Below, in pieces: positions 11,849 through 23,051 of a stretch of 64,000 nt of DNA; within the stretch, counting starts at the first letter, position 1, and every line of letters starts with the position of its first letter. This DNA comes from Epithemia pelagica. Taxonomy: Eukaryota > Protista > Bacillariophyta. The notes beneath the pieces were generated by a model that saw only the letters and a program-made list of their open reading frames with translations, had not been told where the DNA came from and ran no database searches. The translations under genes were made by a program, and so were the position numbers. The stretch is taken from assembly GCA_946965045.2 (NCBI GenBank), contig OX337235.1:868001-932000 (forward strand), read 5' to 3'.

Positions 11849-12838
11849 CTAGTAGTGCTCCTCGATGCTACTACCACCATCACTTCCACCACTCAGGCTA
11901 CTCATGTCACCAGGAGCATCCAACCAAACCTCGCTTTCTCTCATTAACAATTGGTCCATCCACGCATCGTTGTTGTCGTGGTGGTCTTCCAGTATTATGG
12001 GATCCATGGGTATGTGAAACAAGGAAGGAGGATCCCCCTCCTCCTCGTGGAACAGTGTCGAGGGAGTGGTCGTAGACGAACTCTCGTCGGCTTCTTCTTG
12101 AGGGTTCAAGGACGGCAACAAGGGCCCATTGTGGAATGATGACAAGGGATGACGGCGCTCTTGTTCCATCGTCGTCGTCGGAGACACCTGGCGTACCATG
12201 GGGGTGGGTGGACGAGGGGATGGTGACACGAACGACTCTGGTTCCAGCACCAAAACAGTGTCGTTTTCTTGTTCTTGGCGATGCTCCGAACCAGTCGTCG
12301 CGACGGCGGTGGCTGCATCCGCGGCCTTGGTCATGGGGACTCGTGGTGGTGTGCTTCTGACTGGTCGCTGGGGCACTACCATTTTCCGGGCGGCTCGAAA
12401 GGCCCCTCGAAGCGGTGCTTCCAGATGCTTTTTCAACAACCCCAAGTTGTCTGTGATATCTTCAAAGAGTGTCTCGGCCCACGTGGATTCCTTGAATCGC
12501 ACATTGGCTTTCCACACACAAAAGCGTGCGCGAGGATTCCCCGTCACTTGTTGAGCGTGTGTGTGGGCCAACCGCAGAATCGCCGCAACTTCCTGGCGGA
12601 CCATGCACTTGCCTTGCAAATAGGCAGCGCCTTTCTTCACAAAGTAGGCTTGTGCCAACGCTCGAAGCCGGTAATTGCATCGATAGGGATCAAAATTGGA
12701 ACAACCCGCCAAGAAAGGGAAATCTTGTGGAAACGTCGAACGAATGGCACTTCCCACCAATCGACGAGATCGAGCGATACTACTTGGGGTTCTTGCCGGT
12801 GTTCGGACGCTTGGATTGGGACGAGAATGAACTTGCAT
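11849..12838 (-). CDS. Hypothetical protein, 329 aa (basic helical N-terminal half, Pro/Ser/acidic tail)
   Basis: ATG-initiated ORF with low-complexity tracts like those of the neighbouring host genes; no recognised motif. Confidence 0.5.
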   Translation of the reverse strand: MQVHSRPNPSVRTPARTPSSIARSRRLVGSAIRSTFPQDFPFLAGCSNFDPYRCNYRLRALAQAYFVKKGAAYLQGKCMVRQEVAAILRLAHTHAQQVTGNPRARFCVWKANVRFKESTWAETLFEDITDNLGLLKKHLEAPLRGAFRAARKMVVPQRPVRSTPPRVPMTKAADAATAVATTGSEHRQEQENDTVLVLEPESFVSPSPRPPTPMVRQVSPTTTMEQERRHPLSSFHNGPLLPSLNPQEEADESSSTTTPSTLFHEEEGDPPSLFHIPMDPIILEDHHDNNDAWMDQLLMRESEVWLDAPGDMSSLSGGSDGGSSIEEHY

Positions 12839-13238
12839 GGTGGAAGCAGCAGATCGATCGTTGGATTACTTGCTTGTTTCGTCAAGGTCAAAGCAGTCGA
12901 GGTTTCTCTTGCCGGCAAGGAACGAAGGGTTAATGGAATCTGTATGGAATGCGTTTGAGGAGGTGACAAGAAAGGTTGTGGTTGTTTTATGGAAGGAATG
13001 GCGGTGCACACAAGAGGATCTTGGAATTATGTGTTGTGAATGTGGGCATCGTCATCTAAAATGGCGCAAGATTTGAACGTTGATTTTTCTGTGATTCTGA
13101 AAAGGCTTACTACCTAGAAGACGATGTTCATAGTCGCATTTCTTGTTTGTAAGCAAATATGTTCCGAATCTCCCAGTTGTCAAATTTCTCAGCGGGAGTC
13201 CATCTTTGTTCCGGATTCTCGGGTCGTTGATCCGGTGG

Positions 13239-13333
13239 GATAATTCGTTGATCTTTGAGTCACGAGTGTGTCGGGATTCAGCATGTCGGTGATAATTCGA
13301 TGATCTTTGAGTCATGAGTCTTTCGGGATTCAG
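13239..13333. repeat. Imperfect tandem duplication, 52-bp period
   Basis: GATAATTCGTTGATCTTTGAGTCACGAGTGTGTCGGGATTCAG at 13239 versus GATAATTCGATGATCTTTGAGTCATGAGTCTTTCGGGATTCAG at 13291. Confidence 0.8.
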
Positions 13334-14384
13334 GACTACCCTTCTTCAAAAGAAAAGACCACACAGTGGCACACAGTTGACCACATCATGCTGAGAAAGA
13401 GATTTAGATCGCAGTCAGTGCCAGTCGATGGCCAAGGACGTGTGATTGGAACAAGGCAAACCTATGGCTTGTCGTTGGTCCTATCCATTCATCATCTTGT
13501 TGGATCTTCTGGGTCGTGTAGAGGAGACCCGTAAAGAAGAAACGGAGAATGCCTCGTCATGAGTCTCCATGGTCCGCGATATATTTTGACCGATCCACTG
13601 CAATTCGACGATATTCGATTGGAGTTGTCGGCTCGCTAGCTACCGTTCGCACTTGCTTCGTGGCGCGATCTTTCCTTATGTGTACACGAACGAGCGCTAT
13701 ACAGTAGATCGATTGTTTGACCAAATAATCATCGTGTACTTCAACCTATTGCTCACTTTCGTCAGCCGTCGAGAGTCGCATGACACAAAAGTCCATTCCA
13801 TCAACAGAACATGTCTCGTTTCTCTCATCTCCTCCACCACACAAGATCATCCACCCAAGAGCCCAGCACCGGAAGACGTGTTGGACGAGTCGCCAGGCGT
13901 TTGGGGGATTTCAACGCCGGCTCGTTGGTGGACATTTCCCCCAAAAATTTGGGTCATGCCCCTTTTCATGCGCCCCTGGGCGCCCAGAGAAGAGTCACAT
14001 ATCTCGAAGACGAACCCCATTTTTGTGTGTTCCAATCCAAAGGCCTTATCCCTTTTGTGGTGTTATCGAAGGATTGTTCGATTCTATATCCACCTGTCTC
14101 CATCACTGACGACGGTGCTTTTGCTACTCTCCTTTCCTACTTTCTCCCATTGAAGTCCCATTTCTTGCAGAGCGAATTGGCTCATTTGTCAGAAACGTTT
14201 CTGGTACCAGAAGAAGAGCGGACGTTGATCGATACAGAACTCGATCGTGTTTTTTCGTTTGACGGAAGCAAGACCTCCCTTTTTTTGGACCTTTTTTGCC
14301 ACCAAGTGACACCGACAACAAGACTCGTCTTCTTGTCCAAGAACTCTACCTAGACCCATACACACACAAGGTTGCAGAATCACC

Positions 14385-17300
14385 ATGGACGATGAAAATT
14401 CGTGGTCCATTCATGATTTGGACAATGCCCCGGAACCTCCCATGCATCCTGGATCTGCCTCCGCCAGTGGCGGTCTCATGATGTCTCCACGGGTCAGCTT
14501 GATGCGCACCACGACAGCGACAGGGACAATCACTCCCAGCAGTGGTGGTATGATGAAAGGAGGAGGAGATTCCAGTAACAACACTAACAATAACAATCGG
14601 ACGGCACGTCGTCGACATTCCGTGTCCAACCTGTCTCCGGCCGCGGCTACACCTTCCACCTTGTCACGGCCCAAATCGATTGCCCTGCGAGATCGAACCT
14701 GGTCGGCTCCCGGATATCCGCAACACAATCATTACAGTGTTCCCAATTTTCCTCCACCCTCTCAATTTTTGGTATCGTCCCCACCCCCTCAACCACCCAC
14801 CCAACCCACCATTCCGTCGTCGGCCGAATCGCCGCTCCGGTCACGAGCCAACAGCAACAACAATACTATTGGAGGTAGGTTGGCCGACATTCCCTCCTCC
14901 ACATCCTTATTGTTTCACAGCAGTAGTAGCAGTCTGCCGCCCTACTTGCCTCCTCGATCGACGACCGCACCACACGATCCACCAAGCTTGCATCGACATC
15001 GATATGGTGGACGACGATCGACCAATGGCGCATCTTCTCCAGAAAAATCCAATTTGCACTTGCCCGAATTGTTGTCGGGAGGGAACAGTCTCAGTCCCAG
15101 TCGCATTCGTAGCAAGAGTCTGGATGATTATTATGGATACAAGGAAGGCCACACCAACAACAACAATATTCAGGAAACCAATGTGCGTCCATGGAAGGAC
15201 GACGATGAGGATGACGATGACGATTCCCTGATTCGGTTGGAACCCGGTGGCTATCCACACGAATATTTGGGTGATGTCGCTGTGGGTATGGAGCAAGCGG
15301 CCCTGGCGGCACCTCTCCGGTCCGCCCTCAAACAATCCTCGTCGTGGGGGATGGACAGTGACTTTTCCAACACGAATATTGAAGCCAATCCCCCCAAAAC
15401 CTCGCCACCCTCCCTGGTGGGTGGCATGGCGGCCAAGTTGAGTCGCACGCATTCTCTTTCCAGCAATACGAGTGGATCGATGCCTTCCGTCGGACACGCC
15501 GGTGGTGGTCCTCCCAATCCACCACCCTGGGACGATCCCTTGGAAGATTCTAGTCACAATCACAGTGCCGGAAATGGCAATGATGACGACGATGATGATG
15601 ACGACGATGATCTTTCGCAAACGGGCTCCATGACCCAACAACACCTGCAAAGTAAACCCGGTCGATGGAAACGTCCGACCCTTCATCAAATTTCCACCTG
15701 TGTAGTGATGCATGTGTATGCACCCTTTTTTTGGATTTGGTATGGCTGGGCCTACTTTTTCCCCTATTGTTGCAAACCTCCTCCGGCCACTCGAAGTATG
15801 CGGCAACCGACCGATCGGGCCATTTTGGCCCGTCTCAATGTACTCGTGGGATGTTTTGGCTTGTTGCAAATTGCCTCGGCCCTCTTTTATTGCATTGTCA
15901 CCATTGCCGCCAATTTGACTGACCGTGTCGTGGAAACCCGGACCGAAACGGAACGTCAAGCCCAAGAATCACGATTGCGGAGTTCGACCAATATTTGGAA
16001 TGTGGCGTTGAACCTCTATCTCTTGGGCGTAGAAGCCTTTGTCTTGGTGGTGGCCGCCGTCTTGACCGTCCGTGTCGTGCGCAATGTCAATTTGGTCGGT
16101 GCCATTCGCTATTTGTGGGTTCTCTTGTACGTATATCGATCGATATAGCCTGGACTAAATGGCTCTCCTTGTCTTTGGTTGTTTACTCACACATACATTT
16201 CACCCTTGATGTACCCTGTTTGCTTGTTCCGTTTCCTTTCAATGACTCCAATCTCTCTCCTCGCGCGCTCATGGATGCAGGTGGATTCTTCCCTTTGAGA
16301 TCTACTTTAACATTGGATTGTATGACTATTTCCGAGTTACGGATGTATGGGTACGACAATATTGGAGAGATCCATCCTTGGGGTACGTAGTGTTGTATGA
16401 ATTTTTCCATCGGGACAACTTGCAGTCACGACATTGTCGACTCACACACACAACAACTTTTGTCCATCCTTGCTGCACTTTCTGGATGTATAACACCACA
16501 CAGCTGGTTTCGGGAAAAGTTTTGCGAGCCCTCCGAGACGGCAAATACGCTTTGTGCCGTCCCATTGGGTATCAATGAAACCGAATGGTGTTTGGACGAA
16601 TACAATTCGACCAGGTATGTGGCTCCACATGTCGTCGGTATACATCTAGATCCTACCGTTGCTTAGCCTTGTCAATGTTCCTCGCCTTTAGTTGTGCTTC
16701 GATTCGGAACAGTGCTCAAAAGGTAAGGTTTCGAAATGTACTGAACAAGAGAACTAACAACAACAAAACACCACGCTGACATTGCTGGATTTTCTCTCAT
16801 GACAGAACACGGAAAAGTGGTTGCTCAGTTTTTATTACCTGAATGCTTCGTTGGGACTGGTTCTGATTTGCTTGGTACGTTTCAATGAGTCTGAATGTGT
16901 GTCGCCTTGTGTCAAGATCCAATTTACCATGTAGAACCCTGTCTTACGGTCTTGGTCGTTGGTTTCCAGCTGTTTCTAGTGGTCAACACACTGGAAGGGA
17001 TCATCTCCAAACCCTTGGTTCGCAAGTCACGGCAATCCAACATTCCGGCGTGGCTCAGTCTACCAATCGTTTCATGCTTCTTGTTTGGTATCGTCTTTAC
17101 CTTTGCTCAAACATCGGTCTTGAATACGCGGTCCGATACGGATGCCAATTGGATTGGACCCTTATACATGGCCACGGCGGGGTTGTTTTTCATGGCTGCC
17201 CTATTGGGATGGTACATATCTGTTAGTTCCATCACCAATACGCGACACAAACGCAACAAAATGATTTCTATATCCACGTTTATAATTCTCATGGTGGTAA

Positions 17301-17623
17301 TCGGTGGCCTATTGATTTCCCTTTTTGCCGCCAGTATTACCTTCTCCTCGTCCTTTGTCGAAATTCCCTTGACGGATTCACAACGAGGAGATTTGGCGTG
17401 CATCATTGATCAGGCAGGAAGCTGTACCAATTGCGATTTGCCGCATGGAGATCCGAATCGCTGTCCGGAGTGGAGCGTATCGGATGTCACCAAAGTGATT
17501 CAAACACAAGCCAAATCCAGTGCGGCTCTGGCTGCTATTTTGATGCTGTATTCCTTTGGTGCCTTGCGGTTTGGCTTTGGAATGCGCAAACACATTCGAA
17601 TGTATCAGATTCAGTACATATGA
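14385..17623 (+). CDS. Multi-pass membrane protein, copy B (paralog of 1581-5621); 6 exons
   Basis: Model join(14385..16126,16281..16382,16504..16614,16692..16722,16806..16874,16970..17623). Internal exons of 111, 31 and 69 nt and the 654-nt last exon match copy A in length. Shared LD.APEPP, RDR.WSAPG, PTDRAILARLNVLVG, NVNLVGAIRYLWVLL, RCPEW. Confidence 0.87.
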
Positions 17624-17901
17624 CCGTACCTCAATGTCTTTGGGTGTTTTGGGCCCTCCAACTACCTACCTAGTTGCCGTAATCTGACGGTTTCAGTGAG
17701 ATCTAATCCGCTGAGAGTAACAGAGAAGTGGGTCAAAACCCGCACAAGTATCCCGTCTTTTCAAACCTGTGTGGTCCATGCTGAATCTCCTGTCCACGGC
17801 AGAAGTGGACATCGTGAAAGTCAACGGGACACAAAGTATATTGGCAGGATGGGATTACATCAGCGACTGACATGCGACTGATACAATTTGGGCTTAGTCG
17901 A

Positions 17902-18833
17902 CCAATCAGGAACGCAATATGCGGGAACACATATGCGGGAACACCGATATCCGTAGCTTCATCGACACACAGAAACTAGGAGTAGATCACATCAATCAAA
18001 TAATCAACCAATATCAATTTGTGACTTGCGTCCTTTTCACAAACCAAGGAAAAACGAGGCCAACGTAGTACACCAATCAGGGCAAGCAAAATTGCAGAGC
18101 ATGCTCGTAAAGATCTCGATACATAATCTTTTCAAACTTGATCCCACCTCTTCTAACGTCGCAGAACTAAAGTGGAACAGAATTTCCTTTTCATTTTTGT
18201 GGTCCCACGGAAGAGATTGAACTTATTAGTTGTGTTTTACGAATGGGTACTACAAACAGTACAGCGAATCAAAAGACACTCGTTTGCTGGAAGAGCACGT
18301 ATAGTTATCCCATCACTCACTAGTCGTATGGGTAGGTGTGACCACCACCGCGGGAACAAACACAAGAACCCATTCGAAGATGTATCATTTGAGTAATCGC
18401 CCAATCGGAAAACACACACACGGGTTATCGACCAATCGAAACTGGAGCAAGTTCCCTACATTAGTGCCGCAGATAAAGTCAGACCTCGGATGTTCCACCA
18501 ATCCAAACGAAAGAAAATAGCAGACATTTGTGCATGGTAGAGTACAAATCTATTCCCATTACCAGAGAGAACCGATGTACCTCCTCTGTAAAGCCCGTTC
18601 ACCTCGTGGTCTCACCCACATGTCTTAAAATATGGTCCTGTCCAATCAGAGAGGGATCTCATACGCAGAAACGAGGTCCGTATAAACTTCTAGACTTGGT
18701 ACTGCGCTTCGTAGATACGTGTAGACTTGGAACTAGACCCAAAACCCAAACGGTGAAACACTCAATGTCGGATTTTCAAACACTTCATGCTCACAATTTC
18801 TCAAACTTGAAAACTATCAAGCATCCAGCCAAT
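17902..18833 (+). promoter_or_regulatory. Cluster of CCAAT boxes upstream of the secreted-protein gene
   Basis: CCAAT on + at 17902, 18008, 18073, 18401, 18432, 18498, 18642 and 18829; seven are CCAATC. Confidence 0.45.
17917..17944. repeat. Perfect 14-bp tandem duplication
   Basis: ATATGCGGGAACAC twice, at 17917-17930 and 17931-17944. Confidence 0.9.
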
Positions 18834-18859
18834 CCAGCAAACCTTGCATCATCGATACA

Positions 18860-19882
18860 ATGAAGATTTCTTTGCTCACTTTTGCCTCTTTCGTGTCCTC
18901 TGCCACTGCCGCTAAGTTCAGCTTGCGTTCCGCCTTTGGTAGCTTCCTTGATTCTGCTGCCACCGAAACCTACGATGCCCGTATTGTCATAGGTGGTCTT
19001 CACGATGTGGTCAGCCCCGAAGAAGTCAAGTACGTGTCCAAGCAAGCCGTCGCCGCGTACAACCACGCCTTGGGATTTGACAAGGCTGGACAGAAAATTG
19101 CCAACTTGGAAGCTCGTGGATTTTCCACCATTCCAGCCGATTCCTTCTGGTGGACTACTGCCAACAAACAAGACAACGAAGAAGCGGCCTTTATCAACGC
19201 TCAAGTCGAAGTCCAATACTACAAGGATGGATTTGGAGCCGCCGAGGCCGCCAACTTTGCAAGCCTTCACCAAGCGTTTGAAAACGATTTGTGTGAGCGT
19301 CTTCGCAAGTCTGGCTATGCCAACTTTGCCCGTGCCAAGGATTGCTCCTTTTCTTTCGTGGAACACAGTGGATTGAACAGCCAAGGCCCGGTCGAAACTG
19401 CCTATGCCAACGAAGCCATCACGGAAGCGCAACTCTCCTTACTTGGCCTTGCAAACGAAATGTCCCCTGTCGACAGCGAGCTCCTCAACAAGATTGTCAC
19501 GGAATCTCACAGTGAAGCCTTCTCCAAGTCTGGTCTTGCCATTACGTCCTTTGAAACCATTGCCGATATTCCGGTTGGCGGTGATCACCAAGGTTGGTTG
19601 CAACGCAGTTGTGGATTGTGCTGCCCCTACGACGACGATGATCCACGATGCTGCTGTAACGCCAATGCCGATGCCGTAACCATTGTGGTTGGTCGTGTTG
19701 GCGCCACTGGTCCTGTCGAAAAGGTGACCTTTAAGAATGCCAAGATTTCTCATGCCGACTTTGAAAACTTTTTGTGCTTCAAACTCCGCACCAGTGGCAA
19801 TCCCACCTTTGCCAACGTCCATGACTGCAGTTTCAACTTTGTGTACAACCCCGTCCAATCGGCCGTGGTATCCGAAAGCTAA
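18860..19882 (+). CDS. Secreted protein with two internal repeats, 340 aa
   Basis: Signal peptide MKISLLTFASFVSSATA. Repeat ends FENDLCERLRKSGYANFARAKDCSFSF and FENFLCFKLRTSGNPTFANVHDCSFNF. Cys/Asp insert CGLCCPYDDDDPRCCC. Confidence 0.85.
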   Translation: MKISLLTFASFVSSATAAKFSLRSAFGSFLDSAATETYDARIVIGGLHDVVSPEEVKYVSKQAVAAYNHALGFDKAGQKIANLEARGFSTIPADSFWWTTANKQDNEEAAFINAQVEVQYYKDGFGAAEAANFASLHQAFENDLCERLRKSGYANFARAKDCSFSFVEHSGLNSQGPVETAYANEAITEAQLSLLGLANEMSPVDSELLNKIVTESHSEAFSKSGLAITSFETIADIPVGGDHQGWLQRSCGLCCPYDDDDPRCCCNANADAVTIVVGRVGATGPVEKVTFKNAKISHADFENFLCFKLRTSGNPTFANVHDCSFNFVYNPVQSAVVSES

Positions 19883-21059
19883 ACGGCACCACTTTTTCGG
19901 CCCCTTTATTACTTGTCTTGGGACGTTGAGCTTGTTTGAGCTCCGTTTCGATTAGAATTCCTTAAAAGTTAATATTTGTTTCTGACACGAATGTACGTCT
20001 GCTTCTTAACCAAGTTCTTTTAGGGTTTTCGATACTCGATACTCGAACCAGTCCATATGCCTCGCGTCAATCATTTTTAGGTGTCTTTTCGCCCTATTCT
20101 TTCCTCTTCACCGCAGCATTCTTCGTCACGATTCTTTTGTCCTTGTTGTTGGTACCGCGACTTTCGCCATATCTTGTGAATTGACGAGCAGGGAATACCA
20201 CGATTGCTTTTTCGGTTGCCGTGCGATGGCCGTGAAGCAATCGTATTATTTCTGAATCGTTTTTTATCGTCAGGGCTTGCGCCGACTTTGATGATAGCGA
20301 CTCATGGCCTGACCAGAAACATAAGGGGACTTTCAGCCCGTGAATGATATCGTTCTAAGAAGTTGTTCAGATATTCCAAAGGCGTTGTGGTTCTTGTTGG
20401 CCGTGCATTCAACAAAAGGACTACGATGACAATCCGTCATTTGTAGGTCACTCGTTGCTCAAAACCAACCATCTTGTTTCACCGCCTTCTTCCTCTCTAT
20501 TGCCATTACTGTAAAGCAACGATGATCAAAAGACTTGGGCCTTCCCTCGACACAGAAACATCGACCACATAGGACCTAGCATACACTTGAACAACGAGTA
20601 ATGAATTTTGGGACGCCGTCTCTTTTGTGATTATGCGTTGACTCCACCAGTTGTTGTCAAGCGCAGACACATCGAACTTCTACCATTGCTTCACATTCAA
20701 AGCAAACCAAAACAATCTTCATCCAAATCTCCCCAGAAGGGAAAAATACACATTGATCCTTCTGCTGTTTCTGCTCAAGATTGTGTTGTTGGTGATGACT
20801 ACAGAGGTAAATCATTGATTGAAATCGTGATCCCTGTCACCAGAATAGATACGATTTTCCCGTGCCTGCAACAAAAAGAGATCCAAAACAAGGGCATCTG
20901 TTGAAACAGCGGCATGGACTAGGATAAACAGGGGCTCTGATCTCTGATGATAGTGTCGTCGGATGGAACAAAAAACCACGAAGGGAACAGTACCCTTCGG
21001 GATGGAACGGCTGAGTTCAGTGATCACGCAAAACGCAACCAGAGTGTTGAGTGTTGAAG

Positions 21060-22092
21060 TTCTACTTGACTGTTTTACACTTTTAAGCTTAAATTAACAA
21101 CTTTTAACTTTTTTCATGAAAGTCCAGTCAATTTCCAGCCGAGATCCCATGACTTTTCTCTTTTCTCAGTGAAATCAAGTTGGACAGCACCACATTTTCA
21201 ACTTTGACTTAACGTTTTCCATGAAGTCAAGTTCTGAACTAGGAGTATGACCTTCCAACGTCAGCGTGAGCTGCGACTTCTACCATTACTCGTATCTCGA
21301 ATCGTGGAAGTCAATAATATCTTAGTTTCTGACTTCTGACTTTAAGTCGACTTTTCTTTCTGAAAAAGTAAAAAGTCAATTTGCAGAACTTTTGTGGCAA
21401 TTGAATTGGAACTCCATTGTTCATTGTTCCTTTTTCAAGAATTTGTTGAGTTTGTGTGTTCCAAGATCTCTAGAGCTAGAGTAGAGGTCGGTCCCGCAAC
21501 AGCTCATCTCTGCTAGAGTGCGCTGGAGAGGTCTCTGCTGGAACTAGGTATGCGCATCCGCTGGAGATAAGACTACCTGTGCTACCTTGATAAAAATGCC
21601 TAGCTAGGGGAGTACTCCTAGTAACTAAAGCACTTATCTTGGTGAGAGCTTTCCTTTCCAGTGGTGGAATAGTTGCTTGGTCTCCAGCAGAATCTTTTTG
21701 TTTTGTTGCCATGTCAATATTATCTCCTTTCAAGAATACACTGATAGGTGTCCTCTTACAGAACCTTCATTTTGGGGGTGTGCTTCGGACTGCTATCCAT
21801 ATTGCACTCTTCCACAGTCGAAGAGTCATCATTGTTATTGCAATCAGACACTTTGGAAGGCTGTGTGGAGCAAATGAATGACACAGAGTGACCAGTATGA
21901 AACAAACAAATGAGAAAGGATAAAAGTGACCAGTGCAGAGAAAAGAGTACGGTGACTAACGTATACACGCAACAGAAAATCTTTGCTGGGGATTCTCTAG
22001 CGCTGGATCTCCAGCGCTGAAGATGCGTGACTGCTTACTGCTTACCGCAGAACCAAGAACTGACTTCAAAGTTAAAAGCTGAGTTGACTTCA
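21060..22092. repeat. Non-coding tract rich in TGACTT/AAGTCA-type motifs, possibly a transposon relic
   Basis: Many GACTT/AAGTC copies in both orientations at 21060-21380, and two more at 22060-22092; no long ORF. Confidence 0.4.
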
Positions 22093-22483
22093 TTTATGGG
22101 CTGCCAACCCGTAATTTGCAAATTCCTGACCCCCCATAGCCCTGGACCCCCCATTTAACTTCAGCGTACATCGCTCCCTCAATTTTTATCTGTAGGCTCT
22201 TGACCAACTATAGGGTTACCCCCACATTCCTCACTCCTCACGTTCAAGCCTTTCTATCGCAATGGCTCACATCTCACATAAGACGGGAGAGAATCAAAGA
22301 GGAGAAACAAGAGATACCACATGATGGGTATTGTAATTAGGGTTAAGGCTGCGCTTCGAAGCATAGCCTTTCTGGATTCTAGTTCATCCAACCCTTCTTT
22401 ACACCCCCGATGCTGAACATGAGCGTTACTATGAAATTTAATGATTGAAAATTGCCGGCCCCCAAAGTCGATTCATTTGCTTT

Positions 22484-23051
22484 GGATGATGGGCAGACGA
22501 CTATGTCATTCATGACTGAATCCAAGACTCAGATCCAATTTGCGATGGATACTCCAATGGAGTCGACTTGGACTCCAGAGATACTAGGGGTAGCTATGAT
22601 GGCAACCAAACTGGAGTCGACATGGATTATACTTGATGCAATCAAGTACTCCTAGGAACCTAATAGATGCGTGGGACCTATTGTACTCAATCCTAGCTAC
22701 CAAGAGATTGCTGCTTTCCTACCAAAACCAATTGGTGACAGAATCACCAGCATTTAGGTCCGGATCTACTCCTACCTCCTCTGAGTGTAGCTATCGGTCT
22801 ACTAGATAGCATAGCTACTCACTACTCATACAACAACCCGGATGTGATTCGGATGATGGGCAGACGACTATGTCATTCATGACTGAATCCAAGACTCAGA
22901 TCCAATTTGCGATGGATACTCCAATGGAGCTCCAGAGATACTAGGGGTAGCTATGATGGCAACCAAACTGGCGTCGACATGGAATATACTTGATGCAATC
23001 AAGTAAGAACCTAATAGATGCGTGGTCCCTATTGTACTCAATCCTAGCTAC
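22484..23051. repeat. Direct repeat of about 200-215 bp (22484-22700 and 22851-23051)
   Basis: Both start GGATGATGGGCAGACGACTATGTCATTCATGACTGAATCC. The second copy lacks TCGACTTGGA and a few bases near AAGTA..GAACC. Confidence 0.9.

Noticed and set aside
13653-14353. ORFs of 166 and 180 aa upstream of paralog B
   Set aside because: Non-ATG starts, no motifs, overlapping frames in the presumed promoter/UTR.
14907-15965. Long antisense or alternate-frame ORFs (also 4147..4737, 37044..37868, 51674..52399, 55479..56483, 58744..59514)
   Set aside because: Shadow ORFs over well-supported genes, favoured by trinucleotide-rich coding DNA.
22484-23051. CRISPR-like array
   Set aside because: Only two long units in a eukaryotic context, with no short repeat-spacer periodicity and no cas genes.
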